NCBI GenBank assembly: GCA_001873115.1
Contig: MNYK01000025.1
Location: 1 to 49,332 of the forward strand
Length of the DNA: 49,332 bases
Direction of reading: 5' to 3'
Source: Desulfobacterales bacterium CG2_30_60_27
GTDB taxonomy: Bacteria > Desulfobacterota > Desulfobulbia > Desulfobulbales > CG2-30-60-27
The translations under genes and the position numbers were made by a program. Every line of letters starts with the position of its first letter. Positions within the stretch are counted from its first letter, which is position 1. The notes under the pieces are model-generated. The model had not been told where the DNA came from. It saw nothing but the letters and a program-made list of their open reading frames with translations, and did no database searches. Positions 38,563 through 47,593 of the stretch are shown in pieces.

Positions 38563-39978
38563 TCATTTTCTGAAATCCTCTTTCCTTAGCCCCAACCGCT
38601 TCATCTTATTATACAGCCCCCGCGAGTGAATGCCGGCCAGGCCGGCGGCCACCGCCACCCGGCCATTCGCCTCCTTCAGCACCATTGCAATATAGAGGCG
38701 TTCCACCTTGTCCATCATTTCGCTCTGGATCTCTGGCAGGCTCTTGCCCTTCCAAGAAAGCAGGTCATCAGCCCCGGCCGGCAGCAGGCGGCCCTCGGGG
38801 GAGGTACCGCGGCGAAAGGAATCGGGCAGGTCCTCCAGAGAGATCTCATCGGTGCGGCAGAGCAGCATGGAGCGCTCGACCACATTCATCAGCTCGCGCA
38901 CATTGCCGGGCCAGTCATAACTGCACAGGGCCTGCATGGCCGGCTCGGAAATACGACTCACGTCACAGCCAATCTTGTGCAGATAATAATTGATGTAGCG
39001 CCGGGCCAGGTTGGGGATGTCTTCCCGGTGATAACGCAGGGGGGGGATGGTAAGGGTGACGACGCTCAGGCGGTAATAGAGGTCTTTGCGGAAATTGCCG
39101 TGCGCCACCTCGTCCTCCAGATCCCGGTTGGTGGCGGTCACCACCCGCACATCGACCCAGATCGGCTTCTCCCCGCCCACCGGTCGAATCTCGAAGTCTT
39201 GCAGAACCCGCAGCAGTTTGGATTGCAGATGCAGGGGCATCTCGCCGATCTCGTCCAGAAAGATGGTGCCGCCGTGGGCCTGCTCAAAGGCGCCGCGCCG
39301 GGAGCGGGTGGCGCCGGTAAAGGCGCCGCGGGTGTGGCCGAAGAGTTCGCTTTCCAGAAGCTGTTCCGGCAGCGCGGCGGTGTTGACCGCCACAAATGGT
39401 CCGGCGGAGCGGGCGCTTTCAGAGTGGATGGCCTTGGCCAGATGCTCCTTGCCCACCCCGGTCTCGCCGAGCAGGAGCAGCATGGAGTCGCTCGATGCCA
39501 CCTGTTCCACCTGGTTCATGAAAATCTGCATCACCTCGCTGGTGGAACCAAAGTCGCTGAGCTTCGGCTGGACCCGGCGCTTGCGATCAAACTGGTCCAG
39601 TATCCGGAACTGGCGGCGGGACTCCAGGATGCTCTCCATGGCCTCGGCCAGGTTCTTCCAGGAAATACCGGAATAGAGGACGACATCGGCCCCGGCCGCC
39701 ATGATCTGGGCATGCTCTTCGGCAGAGTCGGTATGATGGAGCACGACCGTGGTCGGGTTCTCCGGCAGATTGTTGAGCATTAAAATACCGGAATCCACCG
39801 GCCGCGGGATCAGCTCCTCGCTGATTACGATGATATCGCCGCAGCTCTGCACCACCTTATGCCAAGTGCTTCGGACCCGACCAAGGCATTCCACCTGAAT
39901 GTCGGCATGGGAAAACCGTTGCTCCAGGTGCCGTTGCAGGGCCGCCTCCTTGATGGCTAGAACCATGCGGATCAGCAT
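38563..39978 (-). CDS. Sigma-54-dependent transcriptional activator (NtrC/Fis family)
   Basis: GETGVGKE, ESELFGH, GAFTGA, FLDEIGE, WPGNVREL, C-terminal HTH; degenerate receiver-like N-terminus. Confidence 0.93.
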   Translation of the reverse strand: MLIRMVLAIKEAALQRHLEQRFSHADIQVECLGRVRSTWHKVVQSCGDIIVISEELIPRPVDSGILMLNNLPENPTTVVLHHTDSAEEHAQIMAAGADVVLYSGISWKNLAEAMESILESRRQFRILDQFDRKRRVQPKLSDFGSTSEVMQIFMNQVEQVASSDSMLLLLGETGVGKEHLAKAIHSESARSAGPFVAVNTAALPEQLLESELFGHTRGAFTGATRSRRGAFEQAHGGTIFLDEIGEMPLHLQSKLLRVLQDFEIRPVGGEKPIWVDVRVVTATNRDLEDEVAHGNFRKDLYYRLSVVTLTIPPLRYHREDIPNLARRYINYYLHKIGCDVSRISEPAMQALCSYDWPGNVRELMNVVERSMLLCRTDEISLEDLPDSFRRGTSPEGRLLPAGADDLLSWKGKSLPEIQSEMMDKVERLYIAMVLKEANGRVAVAAGLAGIHSRGLYNKMKRLGLRKEDFRK

Positions 39979-40325
39979 GCCACTCCCCCCCAAAAACAGA
40001 AAATAATTGCTGTTTTTTTCAGCAAAAACTAACAAGTCGAAAAAAACGGTAATACAATTCTTGTTTTGCCAAAGACAACCCTGCGGCACTCGCGGCAGCC
40101 ACCCTTGCCTTTTTTAAAAAAACTAGCCATTACGGGAAGATAGTTTTCGCGACCACCACCGGCCCGCCCAAGACCGCCCCCCGCTTTTGCAAAAATACCA
40201 TACTTGGGCAGTATTAGGCAATGATCGGCAACAAGATACCGTTTTTATTTGAACAGCCCGGACCGCTGACCTTAAAAAAAATATTTTTCCTATTATTCCA
40301 AGAAGTTTAACAAATGTCTATTCTA

Positions 40326-40342
40326 TTGGCACGAAAAGTGCT
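40326..40342 (+). promoter_or_regulatory. Sigma-54 (-24/-12) promoter
   Basis: TTGGCACGAAAAGTGCT with GG-N10-GC spacing. Confidence 0.8.
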
Positions 40343-40418
40343 AGAAACTGGACAGTTGCCGCCCGTCCCGCAACCGGGTCGGTGCCCCACCAATAACCGC
40401 TAACACTTTGGAGTAACC

Positions 40419-40838
40419 ATGCAAACTTTACATATTGAAAGAGAGAATCAAGAAGGCCTGCGTGTTATGAATGAGGCGGTGGCCCAGCAGGCCTGGGGCA
40501 TATCGTGTTCCATCGATATCTATGACTGCGATGCCGCCACGATCCGAGACGCCGAGGCCATCCGCCGCTTTGTCGTCGAGTTGTGCGATCTCATCGAAAT
40601 GAAACGCTTCGGCGAAACCCAGGTCGTGCACTTTGGCGAGGATGAGAAGGTGGCCGGTTTCTCAATGATACAGCTCATTGAAACCTCTCTAATCTCTGGC
40701 CATTTCGCCAACCTGACCAACGCCGTATACCTGGATGTCTTCAGTTGCAAGGCTTACCAGCCGGAAACAGTACAGGCCTTTGCCCAGAAATTTTTCCAGG
40801 GCAGCAGCAGCAGAATGAGCGCTACCATGAGGCGTTGA
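40419..40838 (+). CDS. speD: S-adenosylmethionine decarboxylase-family pyruvoyl proenzyme
   Basis: IDIYDCD, QLIETSLISGH, YLDVFSCK; GGAG RBS; substrate not certain. Confidence 0.8.
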   Translation: MQTLHIERENQEGLRVMNEAVAQQAWGISCSIDIYDCDAATIRDAEAIRRFVVELCDLIEMKRFGETQVVHFGEDEKVAGFSMIQLIETSLISGHFANLTNAVYLDVFSCKAYQPETVQAFAQKFFQGSSSRMSATMRR

Positions 40839-41462
40839 CCTGGCCCGCATTCGGGTCATTCGCGCCTACAACGCCTCGTAACATTCAGCCCCCTGGTGGA
40901 TGCCGGCCATGTCGGCATCCACCGCCACACCGCTTTGGATCCTGCGGATCCGTCTTGTGCCACACCAGCTCCCAACGCGCCCTCAACCGTTTCACCTTGC
41001 AAGACCGGCCCCAAAGTTGTCCAAGACAACCTGGTATGCATCTTGCCACGGGGGCATTTCCTGCGGGACGATCACAACATCAAAAAGGTCCACAAGTCCG
41101 GGCCTCGACTCGCGCAACCGCCTTTACCATTCCCTTCCGTTAAGCGGTTTTCCGGGATGGTATTGCCGTAGACTCTTTAGACACGGAAGGAAGAACACCG
41201 ATAGCGCCAAGCCGACCTCGGACGCCAACTTATCGACCAGCAGTTCATCAAGCCCCTGCCCGAGGTCGTGATCGTCCGAGGTGGCGCCTGGGCACTAGCG
41301 CCGTATAAAATATTTGCGGCAAGCTAATTGCTTTTCAAATGCATTCCCGCCATATTCAGTATACTATTGCTGCCCTTACGAAGGTGACGGACCGGATCGG
41401 CCTGCCACCGGTGACTTCCGCATCACGGCTGTCCGCCGGAACACTTAGATATCGGGTGGTTT

Positions 41463-44099
41463 ATGCTGCGCGCCAATATCATCATCCTTACCGCCATTGC
41501 CGCGGTAACCTTCAGTCTGTGGGCCTACCTGAACCAGCCGGAACAGGAGCCCGCCTGGCCGGACCGGATTCAGGGCTTCTCCTTTTCTCCGGCCCAGGAG
41601 GATGACAATCCCATCGAACACATCCTGCCATCCGCGGCGGAAATTGATGCCGACCTGGCCCTGCTGTCGGGCAAGACCTTTGCCGTCCGCACCTACACTA
41701 TCGAGGGTACCCTGGCCCAGGTGCCGGAACTGGCCCGTAAATACAATATCAACATCTGCCTCGGGGCCTGGATCGGCGACGACCTCGAAAAAAACCAGGC
41801 CGAAATCGACAAGCTCATCGAGGTCGCCAACGCCAACTATAACGTGGTCCGCATCATCGTCGGCAACGAGGTCCTGCTGCGCAACGACATCCCGGTTGAA
41901 CAGCTTATTCAGTACCTGGATGAGGTCAGAGCAGCGGTGCGGGTGCCGGTCAGCACGGCGGAGCCCTGGCACGTCTGGATAAAACACCCGGAGGTCGCGG
42001 AGCATGTGGACTTCATCGGCACGCACATGCTCCCTTACTGGGAAGGTATTTCCGTCGACACCGCCGTGGACTATGTGGTGGATCGCACCAACGAACTGCG
42101 CACCAGGTTCCCTAATCTTCCCGTGGTGATTTCCGAGGTGGGCTGGCCCAGCAACGGCCGGCCCCGCAAGGCCGCCGTGGCCTCCGAATCCAACGAGGCT
42201 ATTTTCCTGCGGCGCTTCCTGGCCAGGGCCAAGGTCGAAAATTATACCTATTACATCATGGAGGCCTTTGATCAGCCCTGGAAAAGCACCAACGAAGGTT
42301 CCGTGGGGGCCTATTGGGGGGTATACGATGTGCATCGCCACCCCAAATTCGAGTTCAAGGAACCCATTGTCAAGATCCCGGAATGGCATATGCTGGCCGG
42401 CATCTCGGGCCTGCTGGCCGTCCTCGCCTCGTACATCCTGCTGATTGACAGCCGCACCCTGCGCAAGCGCGGCCGCGGTTTTCTGGCGGTATTGGCATAC
42501 GGGGCAGCCACGGGGGCCGTATGGGCGATCTATGATTTTGTCAATCAGTACATGACGATGACCTCGGTGTTAGTGGGCATCTCGCTGGTCATCGGCATGA
42601 TCGGCGTCATCCTGGTGATGCTTACCGAAGGCCATGAATGGGCCGAGGCGCTCTGGGTGACCGGCCGCCGCCGGTCCTTCACGCCCCGGCCGTTCGCCGC
42701 GGAGTCAGCGCCCAAGGTTTCCATCCATATCCCTTGCTACAACGAACCGCCGGACATGGTGATCCAGACTCTGAACGCCCTTAACCGCCTCGATTATCCG
42801 GACTTCGAGGTTCTGGTCATCGACAACAACACCAAGGACCCCGCCGTCTGGCAGCCGGTTGAGGCCCATTGCCAGCGCCTGGGTACCCGCTTCCGCTTCT
42901 TTCATGTGGACCCCTTGAGCGGTTTCAAGGCCGGCGCCCTGAATTATGCCATCAAAGAGACCGCGCCGGACGCCGCCATTATCGCGGTGATTGACAGTGA
43001 CTACCTGGTTGACCAGTCCTGGTTGAAAGACTTGGTGCCGCAGTTCGCCGAACCGCGCGTCGGGGTGGTGCAGGCGCCGCAGGACTACCGCGACGGCTGC
43101 CAGAACGCCTTCAAGGCCCTGTGCTATGCGGAGTACAAAGGCTTCTTCCAGATCGGCATGATTACCCGCAACGAGCGCAACGCCATCATCCAGCACGGCA
43201 CCATGACCATGATCCGCAAGTCCGTCATGACCGAAGTGGGCGGCTGGAGCGAATGGTGCATTACCGAGGATGCCGATCTGGGGCTTTCCATCTTCGAGCA
43301 TGGCCACGATGCGATTTACAACCCGAAAAGTTATGGCCAGGGCCTGATCCCAGACACCTTTAATGACTTCAAAAAACAGCGTTTCCGCTGGGCCTATGGG
43401 GCGGTGCAGATCCTCCGCCACCACGCCGGCACCCTGCTGGGGAAGAAGAAGACCGGGCTCCACGCCGGCCAACGCTATCATTTCCTGGCCGGCTGGTTGC
43501 CCTGGCTCACCGACGGCATGAATCTGCTGTTCACGGTGTTGGCTCTTGGCTGGTCCGCGGCCATGATCATTGCGCCCAAGGTCATTGACCCGCCGCTCCT
43601 GGTCTTCTCCATCCTGCCGCTTTCCCTGTTCTGCTTCAAGGCCAGCAAGATGGTCTACCTTTACCGCGCCAAGGTGGGAGCCTCCACCCGGGAAACCATG
43701 GCCGCGGCCCTGGCCGGCCTCTCCCTCTCCTACACGATTTCCAAGGCCGTGCTGCAGGGCCTGGTCACCACCGACAAGCCCTTTTTCCGTACCCCCAAGA
43801 TGGCCAACGCCTCGGCCCTGCTGAAGGCCCTGGCCTCGGCCTGGGAGGAAGCCCTGTTCCTGGCGGCCCTCCTGACCGCCGCGGTCGCCGTGTCCTCCCT
43901 GCCCAATTCCGACAACGTCGACCTGCTCGGCTGGACTCTGGTGCTCATTGTCCAGGCAGTGCCCTATCTGGCCTCCTGTGTGGTCTCGTTTATCAGTGCC
44001 TTCCCCGCCATGCCGGCCCGTTACATCAGCGGCATCTGCCGGGAAAAGGCGACCCACGCCCTGGCCCTGGCACACGGGCCGGGGAAAACGCCATCATGA
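41463..44099 (+). CDS. GH17-GT2 fusion, NdvB-like periplasmic (cyclic) beta-1,3-glucan synthase
   Basis: GH17 VRTY, IVGNE, SEVGWPS, EAFDQPWK; GT2 PCYNEP, KAGALN, DSD, TED, QRFRW. Confidence 0.88.
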   Translation: MLRANIIILTAIAAVTFSLWAYLNQPEQEPAWPDRIQGFSFSPAQEDDNPIEHILPSAAEIDADLALLSGKTFAVRTYTIEGTLAQVPELARKYNINICLGAWIGDDLEKNQAEIDKLIEVANANYNVVRIIVGNEVLLRNDIPVEQLIQYLDEVRAAVRVPVSTAEPWHVWIKHPEVAEHVDFIGTHMLPYWEGISVDTAVDYVVDRTNELRTRFPNLPVVISEVGWPSNGRPRKAAVASESNEAIFLRRFLARAKVENYTYYIMEAFDQPWKSTNEGSVGAYWGVYDVHRHPKFEFKEPIVKIPEWHMLAGISGLLAVLASYILLIDSRTLRKRGRGFLAVLAYGAATGAVWAIYDFVNQYMTMTSVLVGISLVIGMIGVILVMLTEGHEWAEALWVTGRRRSFTPRPFAAESAPKVSIHIPCYNEPPDMVIQTLNALNRLDYPDFEVLVIDNNTKDPAVWQPVEAHCQRLGTRFRFFHVDPLSGFKAGALNYAIKETAPDAAIIAVIDSDYLVDQSWLKDLVPQFAEPRVGVVQAPQDYRDGCQNAFKALCYAEYKGFFQIGMITRNERNAIIQHGTMTMIRKSVMTEVGGWSEWCITEDADLGLSIFEHGHDAIYNPKSYGQGLIPDTFNDFKKQRFRWAYGAVQILRHHAGTLLGKKKTGLHAGQRYHFLAGWLPWLTDGMNLLFTVLALGWSAAMIIAPKVIDPPLLVFSILPLSLFCFKASKMVYLYRAKVGASTRETMAAALAGLSLSYTISKAVLQGLVTTDKPFFRTPKMANASALLKALASAWEEALFLAALLTAAVAVSSLPNSDNVDLLGWTLVLIVQAVPYLASCVVSFISAFPAMPARYISGICREKATHALALAHGPGKTPS

Positions 44100-44347
44100 A
44101 CAAAATATATTTACCATTGGTCTTGCTGCTTTGTGCAACGCTCAGCGCGTGCTCTTCCAAAGAACAACTTTACGAGAAGGTATACGAAGGACTGCATGCG
44201 CGGGAGCGAATCGTCAACGAGACCGAGACCGCCAACCCCATCCCCAAGGAACATCCACGTTACGATGAATACCAGCAAGAGCGGGAGGAAATTCTGAAGA
44301 GTAACAAGTCAAATGATGACAAGGACATCAATAGTAGTATTCCTTGA
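44096..44347 (+). CDS. Small lipoprotein
   Basis: Lipobox LSAC; ATGA overlap with upstream gene. Confidence 0.7.
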   Translation: MNKIYLPLVLLLCATLSACSSKEQLYEKVYEGLHARERIVNETETANPIPKEHPRYDEYQQEREEILKSNKSNDDKDINSSIP

Positions 44348-44382
44348 CTTAACCAGCGCCATGCCTTAACTTCCATCCCATC

Positions 44383-44772
44383 ATGCTGCATACCTTCCGA
44401 CAACTCCGACTCTGCATCATCATCCTGGCCTTTGCCGCCCTTTCGTTCGGGGTTGGGGGCAAGACGATCCTCTGTGTTATGCCTGACGGGGATGTGCACC
44501 TGGAGCCAAGCCTTTCTCCCTGTTGTTTTGCCGGCGAATGTGACGCCGACTATCGGCTCCGGAACCAGGTTCATTGTCTGGACGTCTCCTTGGGGGGAGA
44601 AGCAGCAAATCAGCACCATGAAAATATTGTCCAACTCCCGCTATTGGCCATGGCCCCTCCAGGACCGCCAAGCATCCTCGCCCCGCATGTCAAAAAACCA
44701 TCCCGCGCCATCCATCTCCCTCCCCCGCCCCTCCAACTCGTGTCTCTGCGCAGCGTTATCCTCCTTATTTGA
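44383..44772 (+). CDS. Small exported Cys/His-rich protein upstream of czc-like operon
   Basis: Signal-like N-terminus, LCV..DGDVHLE, CC, HCLD, Pro-rich tail ending LRSVILLI. Confidence 0.55.
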   Translation: MLHTFRQLRLCIIILAFAALSFGVGGKTILCVMPDGDVHLEPSLSPCCFAGECDADYRLRNQVHCLDVSLGGEAANQHHENIVQLPLLAMAPPGPPSILAPHVKKPSRAIHLPPPPLQLVSLRSVILLI

Positions 44773-44894
44773 TTCCTTCCCCCCTCCTGCGCCCCGTCAA
44801 TGGTGACCACCCGCTAATTGCCAGCGACACCCACTATTGATCGCCGGCAAAACCACGCCATTCACCATTTTTCCCTCTACCTGGAGGATTATTT

Positions 44895-46217
44895 ATGCGT
44901 ATCCAACGATGCGCCGTGTTGGCGATTATTGTCTCAATCGGCCTCTGGTATGCGGTCATACCACCGGCCCAGGCTGCCGAGCCTGCCACGCTCGCCGCCC
45001 CGGGCGGCCTGACCCTTAAAGAGGCTCTCACCAGCGCCGCACGGCATCGGCAGGAACTTGCCGCCTTGCGGGCCGACCTTGAGGCCGCCGCGCTCAAGCT
45101 GAAGCATGCCGGCCTGCCCCCCAACCCCGAGCTTGAAATCGGTTGGGATAATCTGGGTGGCGATCTCCCGGTTGACGATGTCCGGGAGAACACGATTGCC
45201 CTAAAGCAGCCTTTGGAAATTGGCGGCAAGCCAGCGGCGCGCAGGAACAAGGGTCAGTCCGAAATCTTACGCCTGCAACGCGAACAGACTACGGTCTGGC
45301 TCGACATCGCCGCCGAGGTCAGAATGGCCTTTCTGGAGGTGCAGGGCGCCCGCGCCCGGCTGACCCTGCAACAGGAGGCGGAGAAAATCGCCGCGGAACT
45401 GGCCAGCATCACCCACGAGCGGGTCGCGGCCGGCGATCTGGCCGCCACGGAAGAGACCAGGGCCGAGGCCAGAAAGGCGGAGACCAGGGCGGCAACCCAG
45501 AAGCTTGCGCGTCTCCTGGCCGAGGCCGAACTTGCTCTCGCCATGGCCCTTGGCGAGCCGGACAGCGCCATCGTCACCGCCGCCGGAGACCTGGCCCAGG
45601 AGGTCGTCATTCCAGACCGCCAGACCCTGCTGGCCGGCATGCAGGACCTGCCCGTGCTGGCCCTGCGCCGGAGCGAGACGCAACTTGCCGCGACCGGCCT
45701 TGCGCTGGAGCGGGCCAACGCCTGGTATGACCCGGCCCTCTCCCTTACCCTGCGAGATATTCCTGACAAGCACGGCCGCGCCCTTTCCGTCGGCCTCTCC
45801 TTCCCCCTGCCGCTCTTCCAGCGTAATCAAGCGGCCGTGGCCGAGGCTGGCGCCACGGTGCGCAAGACCGCGACCAATGAGGCGGCGGCAACACGCCGCC
45901 TGCAAACAGAGCTCATCAAGTCTCATACCATGCTGGTCGCTGCCGACCAGGAGGCCCGCACCTTGCGTACCGAGGTCCTGAGCCGAGCCACGGAGGCCGC
46001 CGCGGCGGTTATGGAAGGATTTCGCTTCGGCAAGTTCCGTTACAGCGACGTGCTGGAGGCCTCCCAGGCCCAGGTGCAGACGCAGGCCCGCCATCTGGAC
46101 GCCATCATCGACCTCAACCGGGCCGCCATCACGCTGGACCGCCTCCTTGGCCAGCCTGCCATCCCGGTAACTTCACAAAATTCTTCGTCATCATCGCCCG
46201 ACAGGAGCAACCTATGA
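44895..46217 (+). CDS. TolC/CzcC-family outer-membrane efflux protein
   Basis: PNPEL, LKQPLEIGGK, SFPLPLFQRNQ, GKFRYSDVLEA; GGAGG RBS. Confidence 0.9.
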   Translation: MRIQRCAVLAIIVSIGLWYAVIPPAQAAEPATLAAPGGLTLKEALTSAARHRQELAALRADLEAAALKLKHAGLPPNPELEIGWDNLGGDLPVDDVRENTIALKQPLEIGGKPAARRNKGQSEILRLQREQTTVWLDIAAEVRMAFLEVQGARARLTLQQEAEKIAAELASITHERVAAGDLAATEETRAEARKAETRAATQKLARLLAEAELALAMALGEPDSAIVTAAGDLAQEVVIPDRQTLLAGMQDLPVLALRRSETQLAATGLALERANAWYDPALSLTLRDIPDKHGRALSVGLSFPLPLFQRNQAAVAEAGATVRKTATNEAAATRRLQTELIKSHTMLVAADQEARTLRTEVLSRATEAAAAVMEGFRFGKFRYSDVLEASQAQVQTQARHLDAIIDLNRAAITLDRLLGQPAIPVTSQNSSSSSPDRSNL

Positions 46218-47581
46218 GCCATACGAAAACAACTTACCTGGTCATAATCATCATCGTCATGCTTACCGTCCTGGCCGGGGCAGGAGGTTTTTTCGCCGCC
46301 CGCCGTATGCATCAGCCCGCTGCGGAGTCGCCAACCTCCACCCCAACCGCACCAACCAAAGCGAACCCCGAGGCCACGCCTGCGGAAACAGGCGCTGAAC
46401 AAACGGCCGAGATTAGCGATCTCGACCGGCCGGTGGATGAGATGTGGGCCGCCCGCTGCGAACATGACATGCTGCAATACCAATGCGACGAGTGCCGCTA
46501 CGAGATCGGCACGGTCAAGCTCGACGCTGCTCTCGTGGGCGACAATGGCCTGGTGCGCACCGGTTTTCCGGAAAAGCGGCAAGGCCGCCACGAGGAACGC
46601 AGCCTGCCCGGCGAGGTGCAGCTCGACGATACCCGCACCGTGCATGTGGCCAGCCCCTTGACTGGCCTGATCACCCGCGGCTTCACCACCCCGGGGGATC
46701 GCGTCGCGGCCGGGGCGCCGCTCTTCGAGGTGGACAGCCCCGAGGTGGCGGAGGCCAAGGGCAGCTTTCTCAAGGCCCTGGCCGGACTTGATCTGGCACG
46801 CAAGGCTGCGGAGCGCGAGGCCCTGTTGTTCACCCGCAAGGTGGCGGCCGAGGTCGAGGTCCAGGAGGCCGAGGCCAAACGGACCGAGGCCGAGACCGAG
46901 ATCGCCGCCGCCCGCGGCCGGCTGCTGCGCCTGGGGCTCACCAAGCCTGAAATCGACTCCATCTCGGCCATGCGTGGCAGCGGCGCCTTGAACGGCCTGG
47001 TGGTGGTCCGCGCCTCCAGGGCCGGAACCGTCATCGAGGGTCACGCCGCCCCGGGCGAGCACGCCGAGACCGGCAAGGAACTGCTCACCATTTCCGGACT
47101 TGACAAGGTGTGGGTCATGGCCGACTTGAAGGATCCCGATCTCGCCGCCGTCTCGAGCGCCTTGGGCGGCGAGGCCAGGGTCGAGGCCCTGGACCAGAGT
47201 TTCGCCGGCCGGCTGGACACGGTCGCCGGCCGCATGAGCGAAGAGACCCGCACTGCCAAGGCCCGTTTCAGCGTGGACAACCGCGATGGTCTGCTCAAGC
47301 CCGGCATGTTCGTCTCGGTGCGCTTGCTTATGCCCGCCAGCGGTGAGACCATAGCCGTGCCCAAGGTGGCGGTGCTGGCCGACGAGGGCCGCACCTTTGT
47401 CTTCACCCATAAGGAGGGCGACTACTGGGTGCGGCGGCCCGTCACCCTCGGCAGGCGCTTCGACGGCATGGTGGAGATCGCCTCCGGCCTCACGGCGGAG
47501 CAACGAATCATCACCGACGGTTCATTTCTACTAAAAAGCGACGTGCTGCGCGGCAAGATGGGCGCCGGTTGCGCGGACTAA
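46214..47581 (+). CDS. CzcB-like RND membrane fusion protein
   Basis: N-terminal TM, VASPLTG, ETRT, LKPGMF, VPKVAV; extra CEH-x6-CDEC motif. Confidence 0.9.
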   Translation: MSHTKTTYLVIIIIVMLTVLAGAGGFFAARRMHQPAAESPTSTPTAPTKANPEATPAETGAEQTAEISDLDRPVDEMWAARCEHDMLQYQCDECRYEIGTVKLDAALVGDNGLVRTGFPEKRQGRHEERSLPGEVQLDDTRTVHVASPLTGLITRGFTTPGDRVAAGAPLFEVDSPEVAEAKGSFLKALAGLDLARKAAEREALLFTRKVAAEVEVQEAEAKRTEAETEIAAARGRLLRLGLTKPEIDSISAMRGSGALNGLVVVRASRAGTVIEGHAAPGEHAETGKELLTISGLDKVWVMADLKDPDLAAVSSALGGEARVEALDQSFAGRLDTVAGRMSEETRTAKARFSVDNRDGLLKPGMFVSVRLLMPASGETIAVPKVAVLADEGRTFVFTHKEGDYWVRRPVTLGRRFDGMVEIASGLTAEQRIITDGSFLLKSDVLRGKMGAGCAD

Positions 47582-47593
47582 GGGGGAGACGAC

